DNA of 64,000 nucleotides from an uncultured Clostridia bacterium (GCA_948852945.1 CAQPBJ010000007.1:6590-70589), one strand, 5' to 3'; counted from the stretch's first letter, positions 47,934 to 58,331 are shown. Numbers and translations: made by a program. Notes: generated from the letters alone by a model not told the origin.

Positions 47934-48157
47934 GGTATTTTAACAATATAATATTATTTAAATTGAAATTATAAAGTATAGTCGTAAAAATTAAAATGCG
48001 CTAGCGACCAAACGAGCATTTATATGCGAGTGCGAAATTGAGCAATTGACCTTATAAAAACGGAGTTTTTTATTAAGGTAATTGCGAAGAGCAAATTTTG
48101 ATTTTTATGACTATACTTTATAATTTTTTAGATACTTAAATATATTGTTAGAATACC
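47934..48157 (+). repeat. hairpin-flanked intergenic element, full copy 2 (opposite orientation to copy 1) with extra outer stem
   Basis: Inner arms 47969-47997 and 48095-48123 (29 bp, two G-T pairs). Outer arms 47934-47950 and 48141-48157 (17 bp, one T-G pair). The core has GCGCTAGCGACCAAAC, GTGCGAAATTGAGCAAT and TTGCGAAGAGCAA. Confidence 0.8.
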
Positions 48158-48219
48158 TTGAAATTATGCAGATTTGAGTATATAATAATGGTGCTTAAAA
48201 TTTTTAAAGGAGAATTTTT

Positions 48220-49278
48220 ATGTTTGATAAATTAGAAGCTGTTGAAAAGCGTTATGAGGAATTGAATCAGTTAATAAGTGATCCAGAAGTTATAGCCAGA
48301 CAAAATGAGTGGAAAAACTTAATGAAAGAACACAGCGATATGATAGACATTGTAGAAAAATATAGAGAGTATAAAAAAGTTAAACAAGCATTAGATGAAG
48401 CACAAGAAATGCTTTCTGATAAAGATTTAAAAGATTTAGCAGAAATGCAAATGTTAGAGTGTAAAGAAAATCTTGTAAAAATAGAAGAAGAGCTAAAAAT
48501 ACTTTTAATTCCTAAAGATAAAGATGATGAAAAAAATATCATTTGTGAAATTCGTGGAGGAGCTGGAGGAGAAGAAGCAGCACTATTTGCAGGAACATTG
48601 TTTAGAATGTATTCTATGTATGCAGAAAGAAAAGGTTGGAAATTAGAGGTTTTAAATGAGAATGCTACAGAGCTTGGAGGATATAAAGAAATTTCATTTA
48701 TGATTACAGGAAATGGTGTTTATAGTAGATTAAAGTTTGAAAGTGGTGTTCATAGAGTTCAAAGAGTTCCAGATACAGAAAGTAGTGGTAGAATTCATAC
48801 ATCAACATCTACTGTAGCAGTATTACCAGTAGTTGAAGATGTGGAAATAGAACTAAATCCAGCAGATATAAGAATGGAAGTTTTTAGAGCTTCTGGTGCA
48901 GGAGGACAGCATGTTAACAAAACTTCATCAGCTGTTAGATTAATACATGAACCAACAGGAATTGTTGCAGAATGTCAAACAGAACGTTCACAAGTTCAAA
49001 ATAGAGAATATGCAATGAGACTTCTAAAATCTAGAATTTACGAGATAGAAAAACAAAAACAAGATGAAGAACTTGCAAGTGAAAGAAAATCACAAGTTGG
49101 TGCTGGAGATAGAAGTGAAAAAATACGTACTTATAACTATCCACAAGGACGTATAACAGATCATAGAATTGGTTTAAGTATATATCAAATGGAAGATTTC
49201 TTAAATGGAAATTTAGATGAAATGATAGATAGTTTAACAGCATATGATAGAGCTGAAAAATTAAAAGGTGATCAATAA
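48220..49278 (+). CDS. prfA: peptide chain release factor 1
   Basis: GGQ motif [11 protein letters not shown] and an RF1-type tripeptide region RVPDTES (PxT). Confidence 0.9.
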   Translation: MFDKLEAVEKRYEELNQLISDPEVIARQNEWKNLMKEHSDMIDIVEKYREYKKVKQALDEAQEMLSDKDLKDLAEMQMLECKENLVKIEEELKILLIPKDKDDEKNIICEIRGGAGGEEAALFAGTLFRMYSMYAERKGWKLEVLNENATELGGYKEISFMITGNGVYSRLKFESGVHRVQRVPDTESSGRIHTSTSTVAVLPVVEDVEIELNPADIRMEVFRASGAGGQHVNKTSSAVRLIHEPTGIVAECQTERSQVQNREYAMRLLKSRIYEIEKQKQDEELASERKSQVGAGDRSEKIRTYNYPQGRITDHRIGLSIYQMEDFLNGNLDEMIDSLTAYDRAEKLKGDQ

Positions 49279-49281
49279 TTA

Positions 49282-49320
49282 AAAAGACTTAAGTTTTAAA
49301 CTTAAGTCTTTTTTGTTTTT
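49282..49320. terminator. bidirectional terminator between prfA and the LPXTG gene
   Basis: AAAAGACTTAAG (49282-49293) pairs with CTTAAGTCTTTT (49301-49312). T run after it, A run before it. Confidence 0.7.
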
Positions 49321-49323
49321 ATT

Positions 49324-49701
49324 TTATTCTTCATTATCTTTTTTTACTATTTTGTTGTATTGTACTAATGAGAACATTCCAAATACAAGTGCTAATAGAA
49401 GAACTAAAGCAAGATTTAATTCACTACTACTGATACCTGTGTTTGGTAAATTTTCAGATACATTTGAACTATTAATAGTTTTTGGTGTATTATTTGTCAT
49501 TAATGGTGCATTACTAGTGTTATTTCCTGTAGTGTTATTATCAACATCATTAGTAGTATTATTTTCATCATCTGTATTACTTGTATTAGAAGTATTTGTA
49601 GAATTACCACCTGAGATTGTTCTAGCAAGTGAAGTATTTGCAAATGCTAAAATAACTAATATTGATAACATAAGGATAACAGCTTTTTTAAAATTTTTCA
49701 T
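49324..49701 (-). CDS. small LPXTG-anchored surface protein (N/T-rich)
   Basis: Signal peptide MKNFKKAVILMLSILVILAFANTSLA, an N/T-rich middle, then LPNTG plus a hydrophobic helix and basic tail. The overlapping + strand ORF is its mirror. Confidence 0.8.
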   Translation of the reverse strand: MKNFKKAVILMLSILVILAFANTSLARTISGGNSTNTSNTSNTDDENNTTNDVDNNTTGNNTSNAPLMTNNTPKTINSSNVSENLPNTGISSSELNLALVLLLALVFGMFSLVQYNKIVKKDNEE

Positions 49702-49922
49702 GTTGCTCCTCCTGTTTATAAAAAATATTATTAATTGATTATATTTTACAAGTAATTTAAATATAATGTCAAGTAGTATAGTAAAATGAAATAAAAAGTT
49801 AATATTTGTAATAATTAAAAAAATTTTGAAAAAAGAAAAATTAAACTTTACAAAAGAAATTATATTTTATATAATGCAAACATAAATTCGTAAAAAAGAC
49901 ACACACGAAAGGAAAAAGTAAA

Positions 49923-52205
49923 ATGAATGAAATTATAGAAGGACTAAATGATATGCAAAAAGAAGCGGTTTTGAGTACTTCTGGACCATGTTTAGTAATA
50001 GCAGGAGCAGGTTCTGGAAAAACGAAAGTTTTAACTCATAAAATCGCTTATTTAATGCAAGAAAAGGATATAAAACCATGGAATATTTTAGCTATTACAT
50101 TTACAAATAAAGCAGCAAATGAGATGAAAGAAAGAGTTGAAAAATTAGTAGGTGAAGTTGCAAAAGATATGTGGATAGGCACATTTCACTCAATATGTGT
50201 TCGTATATTAAGAAGATATATTGATAGAATTGGTTTTACATCTTCTTTTGTTATATTTGATTCATCTGACCAAAGAACATTAGTTAAACAATGTTTAAAA
50301 CAATTAAATATTGATGATAAAATGTTTACAGACAGAGCTGTTTTAGCAGAAATTAGTAATGCTAAAAATGAAATGCTTGAGCCAGATATGTATAAACTTA
50401 GAACAAATAATGAGATTAGAAAAGAGACTATTGCTCAAGTTTATGAAATGTATCAAAAAAGATTAAGAGAAAACAATGCAATTGATTTTGATGATATTAT
50501 AAATTATACAATAAGAATTTTATCAGAAAATCCAGATGTTTTAGAGTACTATACAGATAAGTTTGAATATGTTTTAGTTGATGAGTATCAAGATACAAAT
50601 AAAGCTCAATTCACACTAGTTTCTATATTAGCTGCAAGACACGGAAATATTACAGTTGTAGGAGATAATGACCAAGGAATTTATTCATTTAGGGGTGCAG
50701 ATATAACTAATATTTTAAATTTTGAAAGAGATTTTCCGGGAACAAAAATTATTAAATTAGAACAAAATTATAGATGTACTCAAAATATATTAGATGCAGC
50801 AAATGCTGTTATCAAAAATAATGAAACAAAGTATGAGAAAAAATTATGGACTGAAAATGGAAAAGGTGGAAAAATTACAGTTTATAGAGGAACCGATGAA
50901 TATGATGAGGCAAATTTTATTGTAGAAAATTTAAATACTCTTCGTAGAGAAGAATATATGACATATAATGATTTTGCTGTTTTATATAGAATGAATAGCC
51001 AATCACGTAGTATAGAAGATATTTTGAGAAGAGAAAATATACCTTACAAAATTGTTGGTGGACTTAAATTCTATGAAAGAAAAGAAATAAAAGATATTAT
51101 TGCATATTTAAGATTAATACAAAATTCATCTGATAATTTGAGTTTAATAAGAATTATAAATGAACCTAAAAGAGGAATTGGAAAAACTAGCTTAGAAAAT
51201 GTTGAACAAGTTGCAATTCAAGCTGAAACATCAATGTATGATGTAATTAAAAGAGCCGATGAATTTGGACTAAATAGAGTATTTGCAAATTCAAGAGAAT
51301 TTGTTTCACAAATAGAAGAATTGAGAGCTAAAAAAGATGATATTAAAATTTCTGATTTAATTAAAGAAACATTAAATAAAACAGGTTATACTAAAGCTTT
51401 AGAAGAAGAAAATACAACAGAAGCAGAAACAAGAATTGAAAACTTAGAAGAATTTTTAACAGTTGCAATAGAATTTGAAGAAGAATTGGCAGATAATTCA
51501 TTAGAAGAATTTTTAGAGGGAATAACACTTTCAAGTGATATTGATGGAACAGATGAAAGTGAAGATTCTGTTACACTAATGACACTACATAGTGCTAAAG
51601 GACTTGAATTTCCAGCAGTATTTTTAGTAGGAATGGAAGAAGGAATTTTCCCAGGTTATAAATCTATTGGAGAACCAAAAGAGCTTGAAGAAGAGAGGCG
51701 TTTAGCATATGTTGGAATAACTAGAGCAAAACAAAATTTATTTATAAGTTGTGCTAAACAAAGAACAATTTTTGGTTCAACAAGTTGTAATCAACCTTCA
51801 AGATTTGTAAAAGAAATTCCAAAAGAATTATTTGATGGATATGATGAATCATTTGAAGAAACAACTTCAAAATCATATGAAGATTATCAATACGAATGGA
51901 AATATGGCGGAAGTGCTGTAACTTCTTATAAATCTAATGAAGTAGCTTCTGTAAAACCAAAAACACAATATGCATTTAAAACAGCTGAAAGCTTTTTAAA
52001 CAATTTGAACAAAAAAGTATCTGCTGATAGTTTAGATATTAGTATTTATAGAGCAGGACAACGTGTGTATCATAAGAAATTTGGCGAAGGTAAAATTAAT
52101 TATGTTGAAACAGAAGGTGATGATGCTAAAGTTGATATTACTTTTGACAAAATTGGGCATAAACGTTTGATGGCAAAATATGCTGGTTTAGAGGTTTTAG
52201 ATTAA
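49923..52205 (+). CDS. pcrA: ATP-dependent DNA helicase PcrA (UvrD family)
   Basis: AGAGSGKTKVLT Walker A, VDEYQDTN, and a C-terminal Tudor-like HKKFGEGKI tail. Confidence 0.95.
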   Translation: MNEIIEGLNDMQKEAVLSTSGPCLVIAGAGSGKTKVLTHKIAYLMQEKDIKPWNILAITFTNKAANEMKERVEKLVGEVAKDMWIGTFHSICVRILRRYIDRIGFTSSFVIFDSSDQRTLVKQCLKQLNIDDKMFTDRAVLAEISNAKNEMLEPDMYKLRTNNEIRKETIAQVYEMYQKRLRENNAIDFDDIINYTIRILSENPDVLEYYTDKFEYVLVDEYQDTNKAQFTLVSILAARHGNITVVGDNDQGIYSFRGADITNILNFERDFPGTKIIKLEQNYRCTQNILDAANAVIKNNETKYEKKLWTENGKGGKITVYRGTDEYDEANFIVENLNTLRREEYMTYNDFAVLYRMNSQSRSIEDILRRENIPYKIVGGLKFYERKEIKDIIAYLRLIQNSSDNLSLIRIINEPKRGIGKTSLENVEQVAIQAETSMYDVIKRADEFGLNRVFANSREFVSQIEELRAKKDDIKISDLIKETLNKTGYTKALEEENTTEAETRIENLEEFLTVAIEFEEELADNSLEEFLEGITLSSDIDGTDESEDSVTLMTLHSAKGLEFPAVFLVGMEEGIFPGYKSIGEPKELEEERRLAYVGITRAKQNLFISCAKQRTIFGSTSCNQPSRFVKEIPKELFDGYDESFEETTSKSYEDYQYEWKYGGSAVTSYKSNEVASVKPKTQYAFKTAESFLNNLNKKVSADSLDISIYRAGQRVYHKKFGEGKINYVETEGDDAKVDITFDKIGHKRLMAKYAGLEVLD

Positions 52206-52209
52206 TAAA

Positions 52210-52250
52210 ATAGACATCCTTTTATATAAAGATAAAGGATGTCTATTTTA
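52210..52250 (+). terminator. rho-independent terminator
   Basis: ATAGACATCCTTT (52210-52222) pairs with AAAGGATGTCTAT (52234-52246). T-rich tail. Confidence 0.7.
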
Positions 52251-52382
52251 TATATTGTGGGCGTTGTATAATATTAAATTTTATTGTATATAAATTTATT
52301 TTATAAAATATTTGAAAACAGTAATTTCTATGGTATAATTTATAGTATATTTGTTTATGCCATAAGAAAGGAAGAAGAGATA

Positions 52383-53468
52383 TTGAATCAGATATTAGAT
52401 CATAGCGGACCAAAACAAGCTAGACCTGGAAAAAATCCAGCAGATACTTTGAAAATTATCAGAGTTTACGCTATTTTAATAATATTTTTTGGAATATTTT
52501 TTATTGCTAAAGGAAGCTATACTTTAAGCAAAAATAAAGAATTTCAGAAAAGTCAAATAAATGATCAAAAGTTTGCAGGACCGTTAATTGAGTTATATGC
52601 TGACAAAGATGAACTTTCAATAAGCGTTTCGTATGATTCTTCTATAGAGTCAATTTCATATCAATGGTATAGAGGAATAGTGACACCTGATGAAATTAAA
52701 GAATATGAAGCAAATAGAGAAGAAAAAAGTAATAGTTCAGACGAAAATGATGATGAAATTGAAGAAGAAAGTGATGATATAGCTGCTCTTGGAAAATTAG
52801 AAGAGAAAAAATTATCAAATGAAAAAAATGTAAAATTAGAAAAGATAGGAATTCCAAGAGGAGATACAACTGTTAGAATAATTGTTAGAGCAACTGATAA
52901 TACTGTTGCAGAGTATATTCAAAGTTATCATACAGACGTAGGAGTAGATAAAATAGAACCTGAAATTAAAATAAGCCTTAAAGGAACAGTTTTAACAGTT
53001 ATAGCAACAGATGAAACAGAAATTTCAAAATTGATTTATACTATAGGCGATAAAGATAGTGTAGAAATTACAGATAGACAAGACAAAAAGACTATAAAAA
53101 CAGAAATTGTTTTAGATAAAGTAGAAATGAATGATATTACAATAAATGCTGTAGATAAGGCTCAAAATACAGGAACATATAATCAAGAAGTTGATTTTTA
53201 TGTAGGAAAACCAGAAATAAATTTTGATGCAGAACCAGATTTAAGTAAAATATATGTTTTAGTAGCATATCCTAAAGGAATTACAAAGATTGAATATGAA
53301 TTTAATGGTGAAAAATTTGTTAAAGAATTTGATAATCCATCAGAAAATAAAGAAATAGAGATTGCCTTAGATACAATAGAAGGATATAATAGGGTCGATG
53401 TTAAAGTATATACAGAAGAAGAACAGGTATATGCAGAAGATTATGGAGAATGTGAATATAATCCATAG
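52383..53468 (+). CDS. hypothetical membrane-anchored protein with acidic linker and beta-rich repeats
   Basis: The ORF track opens at 52284, but that stretch is promoter-like. TTG 52383 behind AAGGAAG gives LNQILDH.. followed by one TM. Confidence 0.5.
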   Translation: MNQILDHSGPKQARPGKNPADTLKIIRVYAILIIFFGIFFIAKGSYTLSKNKEFQKSQINDQKFAGPLIELYADKDELSISVSYDSSIESISYQWYRGIVTPDEIKEYEANREEKSNSSDENDDEIEEESDDIAALGKLEEKKLSNEKNVKLEKIGIPRGDTTVRIIVRATDNTVAEYIQSYHTDVGVDKIEPEIKISLKGTVLTVIATDETEISKLIYTIGDKDSVEITDRQDKKTIKTEIVLDKVEMNDITINAVDKAQNTGTYNQEVDFYVGKPEINFDAEPDLSKIYVLVAYPKGITKIEYEFNGEKFVKEFDNPSENKEIEIALDTIEGYNRVDVKVYTEEEQVYAEDYGECEYNP

Positions 53469-53474
53469 AAAATA

Positions 53475-53502
53475 AAAGGTGGGATGAAAATTCCACCTTT
53501 TT
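53475..53502 (+). terminator. rho-independent terminator
   Basis: AAAGGTGG (53475-53482) pairs with CCACCTTT (53493-53500), followed by Ts. Overlaps the first ATG (53484) of the next called ORF. Confidence 0.6.
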
Positions 53503-53522
53503 GTATAAGTGAGGAAGATATT

Positions 53523-54332
53523 ATGCATGAATTAATGTATTTAATAGCATATTTTTTTGTTTATTCATTTATTGGGTGGTGTTTAGAATCCACATATAAA
53601 ACTATTTTACAAAAAAAGATTGTTAATAGTGGATTTTTAATTGGTCCATTTTGCCCAATATATGGATTTGGTGCATTAATAATGTATTTATCTCTTCGAA
53701 ATTTGACAGATAATATTTTCATATTATTTTTGTTTGGATTAATAGTTCTTTCGATATTCGAATATTTTGTAGGAGTATTTCTAGAAGTAGTTTTTAAGAC
53801 AAAATATTGGGATTATTCTAAAAACAAATTTAATATTCATGGTAGAGTTTGCTTGAAAAATTCTATTTATTGGGGAATATTAGGAATTATTTTTATGAAA
53901 ATGATTCATCCAAAAGTAGAAAAAATAGTAAATGTAATTCCTGTAATTTATCTTACTGTAGCTATAGTAGCATTAATGGCAATTATGTTTGCAGATACTA
54001 TAGTGACAATTATCAAACTTGTTAATATTAATAATAGACTTAAAAAATGGTCAGAAGTTACTGAAAATATTAGAAGTAGAATTGATGCTATCAATTTAAG
54101 AAATGCCATTAGATTTGAAAATATTAGAAATTCTAGATTTGAAAGTAATTTTAAATTAATGAAGAGAATAGGCGAGGCAAAAAATAGAAATGAATTGCTT
54201 GGAAGTTTAAAAGAAGAGCAACAACATTTACAAGAGAAGATAGAAAGAAGAATAGAGAGATTGAAGAAAGCATTCCCAACTATGCAGTCTGATAAATTAT
54301 TGAAATTCTTAAATAATATGAAAAAATCTTGA
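53523..54332 (+). CDS. putative ABC-transporter type IV / CmpB-like membrane protein (former DUF1113)
   Basis: YSFIGWCLESTYK..GFLIGPFCPIYGFGA signature. The start is taken as ATG 53523 behind GAGGAAG. Confidence 0.65.
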   Translation: MHELMYLIAYFFVYSFIGWCLESTYKTILQKKIVNSGFLIGPFCPIYGFGALIMYLSLRNLTDNIFILFLFGLIVLSIFEYFVGVFLEVVFKTKYWDYSKNKFNIHGRVCLKNSIYWGILGIIFMKMIHPKVEKIVNVIPVIYLTVAIVALMAIMFADTIVTIIKLVNINNRLKKWSEVTENIRSRIDAINLRNAIRFENIRNSRFESNFKLMKRIGEAKNRNELLGSLKEEQQHLQEKIERRIERLKKAFPTMQSDKLLKFLNNMKKS

Positions 54333-54387
54333 AATTAAATTAATTTTAGGATATATATATTAAGAGAGGAAAACAAAGGAGAAATTT

Positions 54388-55314
54388 ATGATACAAGATA
54401 TCTATATAATTGATAATACTGAGAGTGTATTAAATGTATTAAATCAAATATTTAAAGATGATGTTGATTATCAATTTAGTTCTGTAAAAACAGAAGAACT
54501 AGAATTAGCTTTAAAAAATATACCTGACATGATTATAATTGATGAAGATACAATTAATGTAGATATTGTTGATTTGTGTAAAAATATTAGAGCAAATGAA
54601 GATAATAGTATAACTCCAATTGTTGTTATTTCCTCTAATTGGGATAAAGAACATAGAATAAAGATCTTAGAAGAATCTATAGAATATTTTATAATAAAAC
54701 CAGTAGATAGAGAATATTTATATTATACGATAAAAAATATACTTAGATTGTTACAAAGTAATAGAACTATTAGTGCTTTAACAGGTTTACCCGGAAATAT
54801 TCAAATTCAAGCGGAAATTAAAAAAAGATTATTAAATCGAGAGACATTTGCAATGTTTTATTTTGATTTAGACAATTTTAAAGCATATAATGATATATAC
54901 GGTTTTTCAAATGGTGATGAGATTATAAAATTTACAGCAAGAACAATAGTAGATAATATACATAATTTAGGATTAGAAAATAGTTTTATAGGACATATTG
55001 GAGGAGATGATTTTATAGCAATATTAGAGTCTACTGACTATGATAAAATTGCTAAGGATATTATTTCTGATTTTGATACATATGTATTGGGATATTATAA
55101 CGCTGAAGATGTTGCTAAGGGATTTTTAGAAGTAGCTAATAGAAGAGGAATTATAGAACAATTTCCACTTACTTCAATCTCAATAGGGGTGGTAGAAGTA
55201 ACACCAGGAAGATTTAAAAATACACTAGAAATTGGAGAAGTGGGTGCTCAAGTAAAACATCAAGCAAAGTCAGTTATGGGAAGTACTTACGTGATAAATA
55301 GAAGAAAAAAATAA
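54388..55314 (+). CDS. response regulator (receiver) fused to a GGDEF-like domain with GGDDF motif
   Basis: Receiver with DMIIID and IIKP. C-terminal ALTGLPGN..FDLDNFKAYND..HIGGDDFIAI. Confidence 0.7.
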   Translation: MIQDIYIIDNTESVLNVLNQIFKDDVDYQFSSVKTEELELALKNIPDMIIIDEDTINVDIVDLCKNIRANEDNSITPIVVISSNWDKEHRIKILEESIEYFIIKPVDREYLYYTIKNILRLLQSNRTISALTGLPGNIQIQAEIKKRLLNRETFAMFYFDLDNFKAYNDIYGFSNGDEIIKFTARTIVDNIHNLGLENSFIGHIGGDDFIAILESTDYDKIAKDIISDFDTYVLGYYNAEDVAKGFLEVANRRGIIEQFPLTSISIGVVEVTPGRFKNTLEIGEVGAQVKHQAKSVMGSTYVINRRKK

Positions 55315-55351
55315 AGTCAATACTTGTCAATTATAGAAAAATATAGAAAAA

Positions 55352-55382
55352 AAGAGGTTTTAAGAGTAAAACCTCTTTTTTG
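55352..55382 (+). terminator. rho-independent terminator
   Basis: AAGAGGTTT pairs with AAACCTCTT, followed by T5-6. Confidence 0.7.
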
Positions 55383-55447
55383 TTTGAAAATAAATATGCG
55401 AAATCAGTATAAAAGTGTAGAAAATGAGAAATGCTAAAATATGAAAT

Positions 55448-55476
55448 TTGCTAAAAAAGGTTATTAGTGGTATAAT
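55448..55476 (+). promoter_or_regulatory. sigma-A-type promoter
   Basis: TTGCTA (55448-55453), 17 bp, TGG-TATAAT (55471-55476). Confidence 0.55.
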
Positions 55477-55485
55477 TAATAGTGC

Positions 55486-56595
55486 GTGACGAAAAAAATA
55501 TATAAAAAAGGAGTGAATTTTATAGTAAGTAAGTGTATAAAATATTATGGTAAAAGACTAGTTAAACTTTCTAGTATTATCGCCATAGGTCTTTTTATAA
55601 TAGCATTGTTCATTTGCGTTAAATATAAACCACTATATAAAGTTACGTTAGATGGTAAAGTAATTGGATATGTTGAAGATAAAGATAGAATGCAAGAAAA
55701 AATTGACAAGTTTGCAAATAACTTGGAAGGAAACATCACTTCAATAAAAGTCGAAGTAATGCCAGCTTATGAATTAGAATTAGTAAGTAATGTTAAAGAA
55801 TCAGAGACTAAAGAACAAGAAGTTTTAGCTTTAATTGAAGAAAATGCAGAAATTAAATGTAGAACTTATGCAATTAAGTTAGATGGAAACGAAAAAGCTT
55901 GTGTTAATTCAATGGAAGAAGCAGAAGCGGTAGTAGCTGAAATTAAAACAAATGTTACTGAGCCAATAGAATTAAATTTAGAAATTGAAGAACAAGAAAG
56001 AAATAAAAAAGATGTAGTTCAAACAACTACAGAAATTGCTAAAGTAGAGATAAACAAAGATGTTGATGTAAAAGTTCAAGAATATGAAGCTGAGCAAGAA
56101 TCAATAAGAAAGGCAGAAGAAGCTAGAAAAGCTGAAGAAGCAAGAAGAGCGAGAGCAAGAGCAGCTGAGGTTTCTGCTAGAAATAGTGTAAATAGAACAG
56201 CTGGAGCGTCTATACCAGCAACTGGAGCTACTTTTATGAGACCAGTTTCAGGTGGTATGATAACTTCTCCATTTGGGTATAGAACATCAGGATTTCATAA
56301 AGGTGTAGATATAGCTATATCTACAGGTACACCAGTTTATGCAGCGGCTTCAGGAACAGTAACATTTTCAGGATGGAACTCTACAGGATATGGATATTTA
56401 GTAATCATAGATCATGGTAACGGATATCAAACATATTATGCACATTGTAGTGCCTTATATGTATCTGCTGGACAATATGTTAATCAAGGACAAAATATTT
56501 CAGCAGTAGGTAGTACAGGAAATTCTACTGGTCCTCATGTACACTTCCAAGTAATGTATAATGGATCGGTACAAAATCCACAAAATTATATATAA
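55486..56595 (+). CDS. M23-family (LytM-type) peptidoglycan endopeptidase, membrane anchored
   Basis: C-terminal HKGVDIA..GYG..IDHG..GNSTGPHVHFQV. The start codon is uncertain, because GTG 55486 lies only ~10 nt after the predicted -10. Confidence 0.8.
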   Translation: MTKKIYKKGVNFIVSKCIKYYGKRLVKLSSIIAIGLFIIALFICVKYKPLYKVTLDGKVIGYVEDKDRMQEKIDKFANNLEGNITSIKVEVMPAYELELVSNVKESETKEQEVLALIEENAEIKCRTYAIKLDGNEKACVNSMEEAEAVVAEIKTNVTEPIELNLEIEEQERNKKDVVQTTTEIAKVEINKDVDVKVQEYEAEQESIRKAEEARKAEEARRARARAAEVSARNSVNRTAGASIPATGATFMRPVSGGMITSPFGYRTSGFHKGVDIAISTGTPVYAAASGTVTFSGWNSTGYGYLVIIDHGNGYQTYYAHCSALYVSAGQYVNQGQNISAVGSTGNSTGPHVHFQVMYNGSVQNPQNYI

Positions 56596-56605
56596 CAAAA
56601 ATAAA

Positions 56606-56634
56606 GAAGCTAAATTTTAGATTTAGCTTCTTTT
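56606..56634 (+). terminator. rho-independent terminator
   Basis: GAAGCTAAAT (56606-56615) pairs with ATTTAGCTTC (56621-56630), followed by TTTT. Confidence 0.7.
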
Positions 56635-56751
56635 GTGTATTACAAATTGTTTAAAATCATTGTAATAATGATTTTTGAATGATATACTATCAATATCTTA
56701 TAATATAGGAAAGTTTTGGAAACTTTCTACCAGTTCTAAAAGGAGTAATAG

Positions 56752-57195
56752 ATGTTTTTTATAGGATCAGACCATAGAGGTTTTGAATTAAAAGAAAAAA
56801 TAAAAAAATATTTAGAAAAAGAAAAAATAGAGTGTACAGATTGTGGTACATATTCAAAAGAAATTACACATTATCCTTTAATTGCTAAAGATATATGTAG
56901 TAAAATGGACAAGCAGAAAGATAAAGCAATTTTAATTTGTGGTTCTGGAATTGGAATGTCTATGGCAGCAAATAAATTTAAAGGAATAAGGGCAGGAGTA
57001 TGTTTTAATAAATTAGCAGCACAAGATGGAAAAGAACACTCAAATATAAATGTATTAGTTCTTCCAGGAGAATTTGTTTCAGAAGAAGAAACTATAGAAA
57101 TTATTGAAATATGGATAAATTCTGAATTTTTAAATGGAAGATATACAGATAGATTACAAATGATAGAGAAAATAGAAGAAGAAAATATGAAATAA
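56752..57195 (+). CDS. rpiB: ribose-5-phosphate isomerase B (RpiB/LacAB family)
   Basis: 147 aa. IGSDHRGFELKE.., ILICGSGIGMSMAANK, and NVLVLPG motifs. Confidence 0.9.
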   Translation: MFFIGSDHRGFELKEKIKKYLEKEKIECTDCGTYSKEITHYPLIAKDICSKMDKQKDKAILICGSGIGMSMAANKFKGIRAGVCFNKLAAQDGKEHSNINVLVLPGEFVSEEETIEIIEIWINSEFLNGRYTDRLQMIEKIEEENMK

Positions 57196-57207
57196 GGAGC
57201 TAAAACT

Positions 57208-58314
57208 ATGTGGGGAGATATTATTATTGCCTTTTTATTAGCTTTTATTACTGCATTTATGGTAACCCCTAAAACAATAAAGCTAGCAAAAAAAATAGGA
57301 GCAGTTGATAATCCAAAAGATGAAAGAAGAATTAATAAAGTAGTCATGCCAAGACTAGGAGGAGTAGCAGTAGTTTGTGGATTTTTAATTTCTATTGTCT
57401 ATTTATTAATTAGTTTAACATTAGAAAATCAAATAAATTTAGTAGATGGAAATTATCATTTTAAATTAATAGGATTTTTTATAGGAATGATGCTAATAGT
57501 AATTACTTGTTTTATAGATGATGTTAAAGGATTAGGACCAGTTCCAAAATTAATTGTTCAAATTTTAGCAGCATGTGCTGTAGTTTCTTCAGGAATTAGA
57601 ATAAATATATTAAATATAGACTTTTTTAAACAATTTGGGGATTCAGTTAATTTTTTAAATACAGTTTCAACTATAATAACGATTTGTTGGATAGTTGGAC
57701 TAACAAATGCAATTAATTTAATAGATGGATTAGATGGTTTATCTTCAGGAATATCAATAATCTCATGTGTATCTATGTTAATTGTGTTTGTATTAAATGG
57801 TTCACCTATTATAGCAATATTAATAATAACATCATTAATAGGAGCGTTAGTTGGATTTTTACCTTACAATATGAATCCTGCTAAAACATTTATAGGAGAT
57901 ACAGGTTCTAACTTTTTAGGATATACTCTAGGTGTTATTTCTATTATTGGTGTTGCTAAGACATATACAGCTTTAGTTGTAGCATTACCTATAATTATTT
58001 TAGGTTTACCAATATTTGATACAATATTTGCAATTATTAGAAGAATAATAAAAAATAAATCATTAAAAGGAATAATGAAACCTGATGCAGGTCATTTACA
58101 TCATAAATTATTAAGACACGGATTTTCACAAAAAGAATCAGTTTTAATTTTATATTGTGTTAGCGCATCACTTGGTATGTTTGCAATAGTTTTATTAGAA
58201 AGTGGAGTTTGGAAAGCATTATCATTTTTACTAATTGCTATAGCAGTATTTGCTTTAGGATATAAAGAAGTTTTTGATGACTCAAAAAATGATACAGAAA
58301 CTAAAGAAAAATAA
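57208..58314 (+). CDS. glycosyltransferase family 4, undecaprenyl-phosphate GlcNAc-1-P transferase (TagO/WecA-like)
   Basis: Polytopic. NAINLIDGLDGL and GDTGSNFLGY motifs of the MraY/WecA superfamily. Confidence 0.85.
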   Translation: MWGDIIIAFLLAFITAFMVTPKTIKLAKKIGAVDNPKDERRINKVVMPRLGGVAVVCGFLISIVYLLISLTLENQINLVDGNYHFKLIGFFIGMMLIVITCFIDDVKGLGPVPKLIVQILAACAVVSSGIRINILNIDFFKQFGDSVNFLNTVSTIITICWIVGLTNAINLIDGLDGLSSGISIISCVSMLIVFVLNGSPIIAILIITSLIGALVGFLPYNMNPAKTFIGDTGSNFLGYTLGVISIIGVAKTYTALVVALPIIILGLPIFDTIFAIIRRIIKNKSLKGIMKPDAGHLHHKLLRHGFSQKESVLILYCVSASLGMFAIVLLESGVWKALSFLLIAIAVFALGYKEVFDDSKNDTETKEK

Positions 58315-58331
58315 ATTACAGGAGTAAGTAT

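Noticed and set aside
49313-49738. A 141-aa + strand ORF overlapping the LPXTG gene
   Set aside because: The minus-strand product has a signal peptide, an LPNTG sorting signal, a hydrophobic helix and a basic tail. The + strand product is hydrophobic low-complexity sequence with no RBS.
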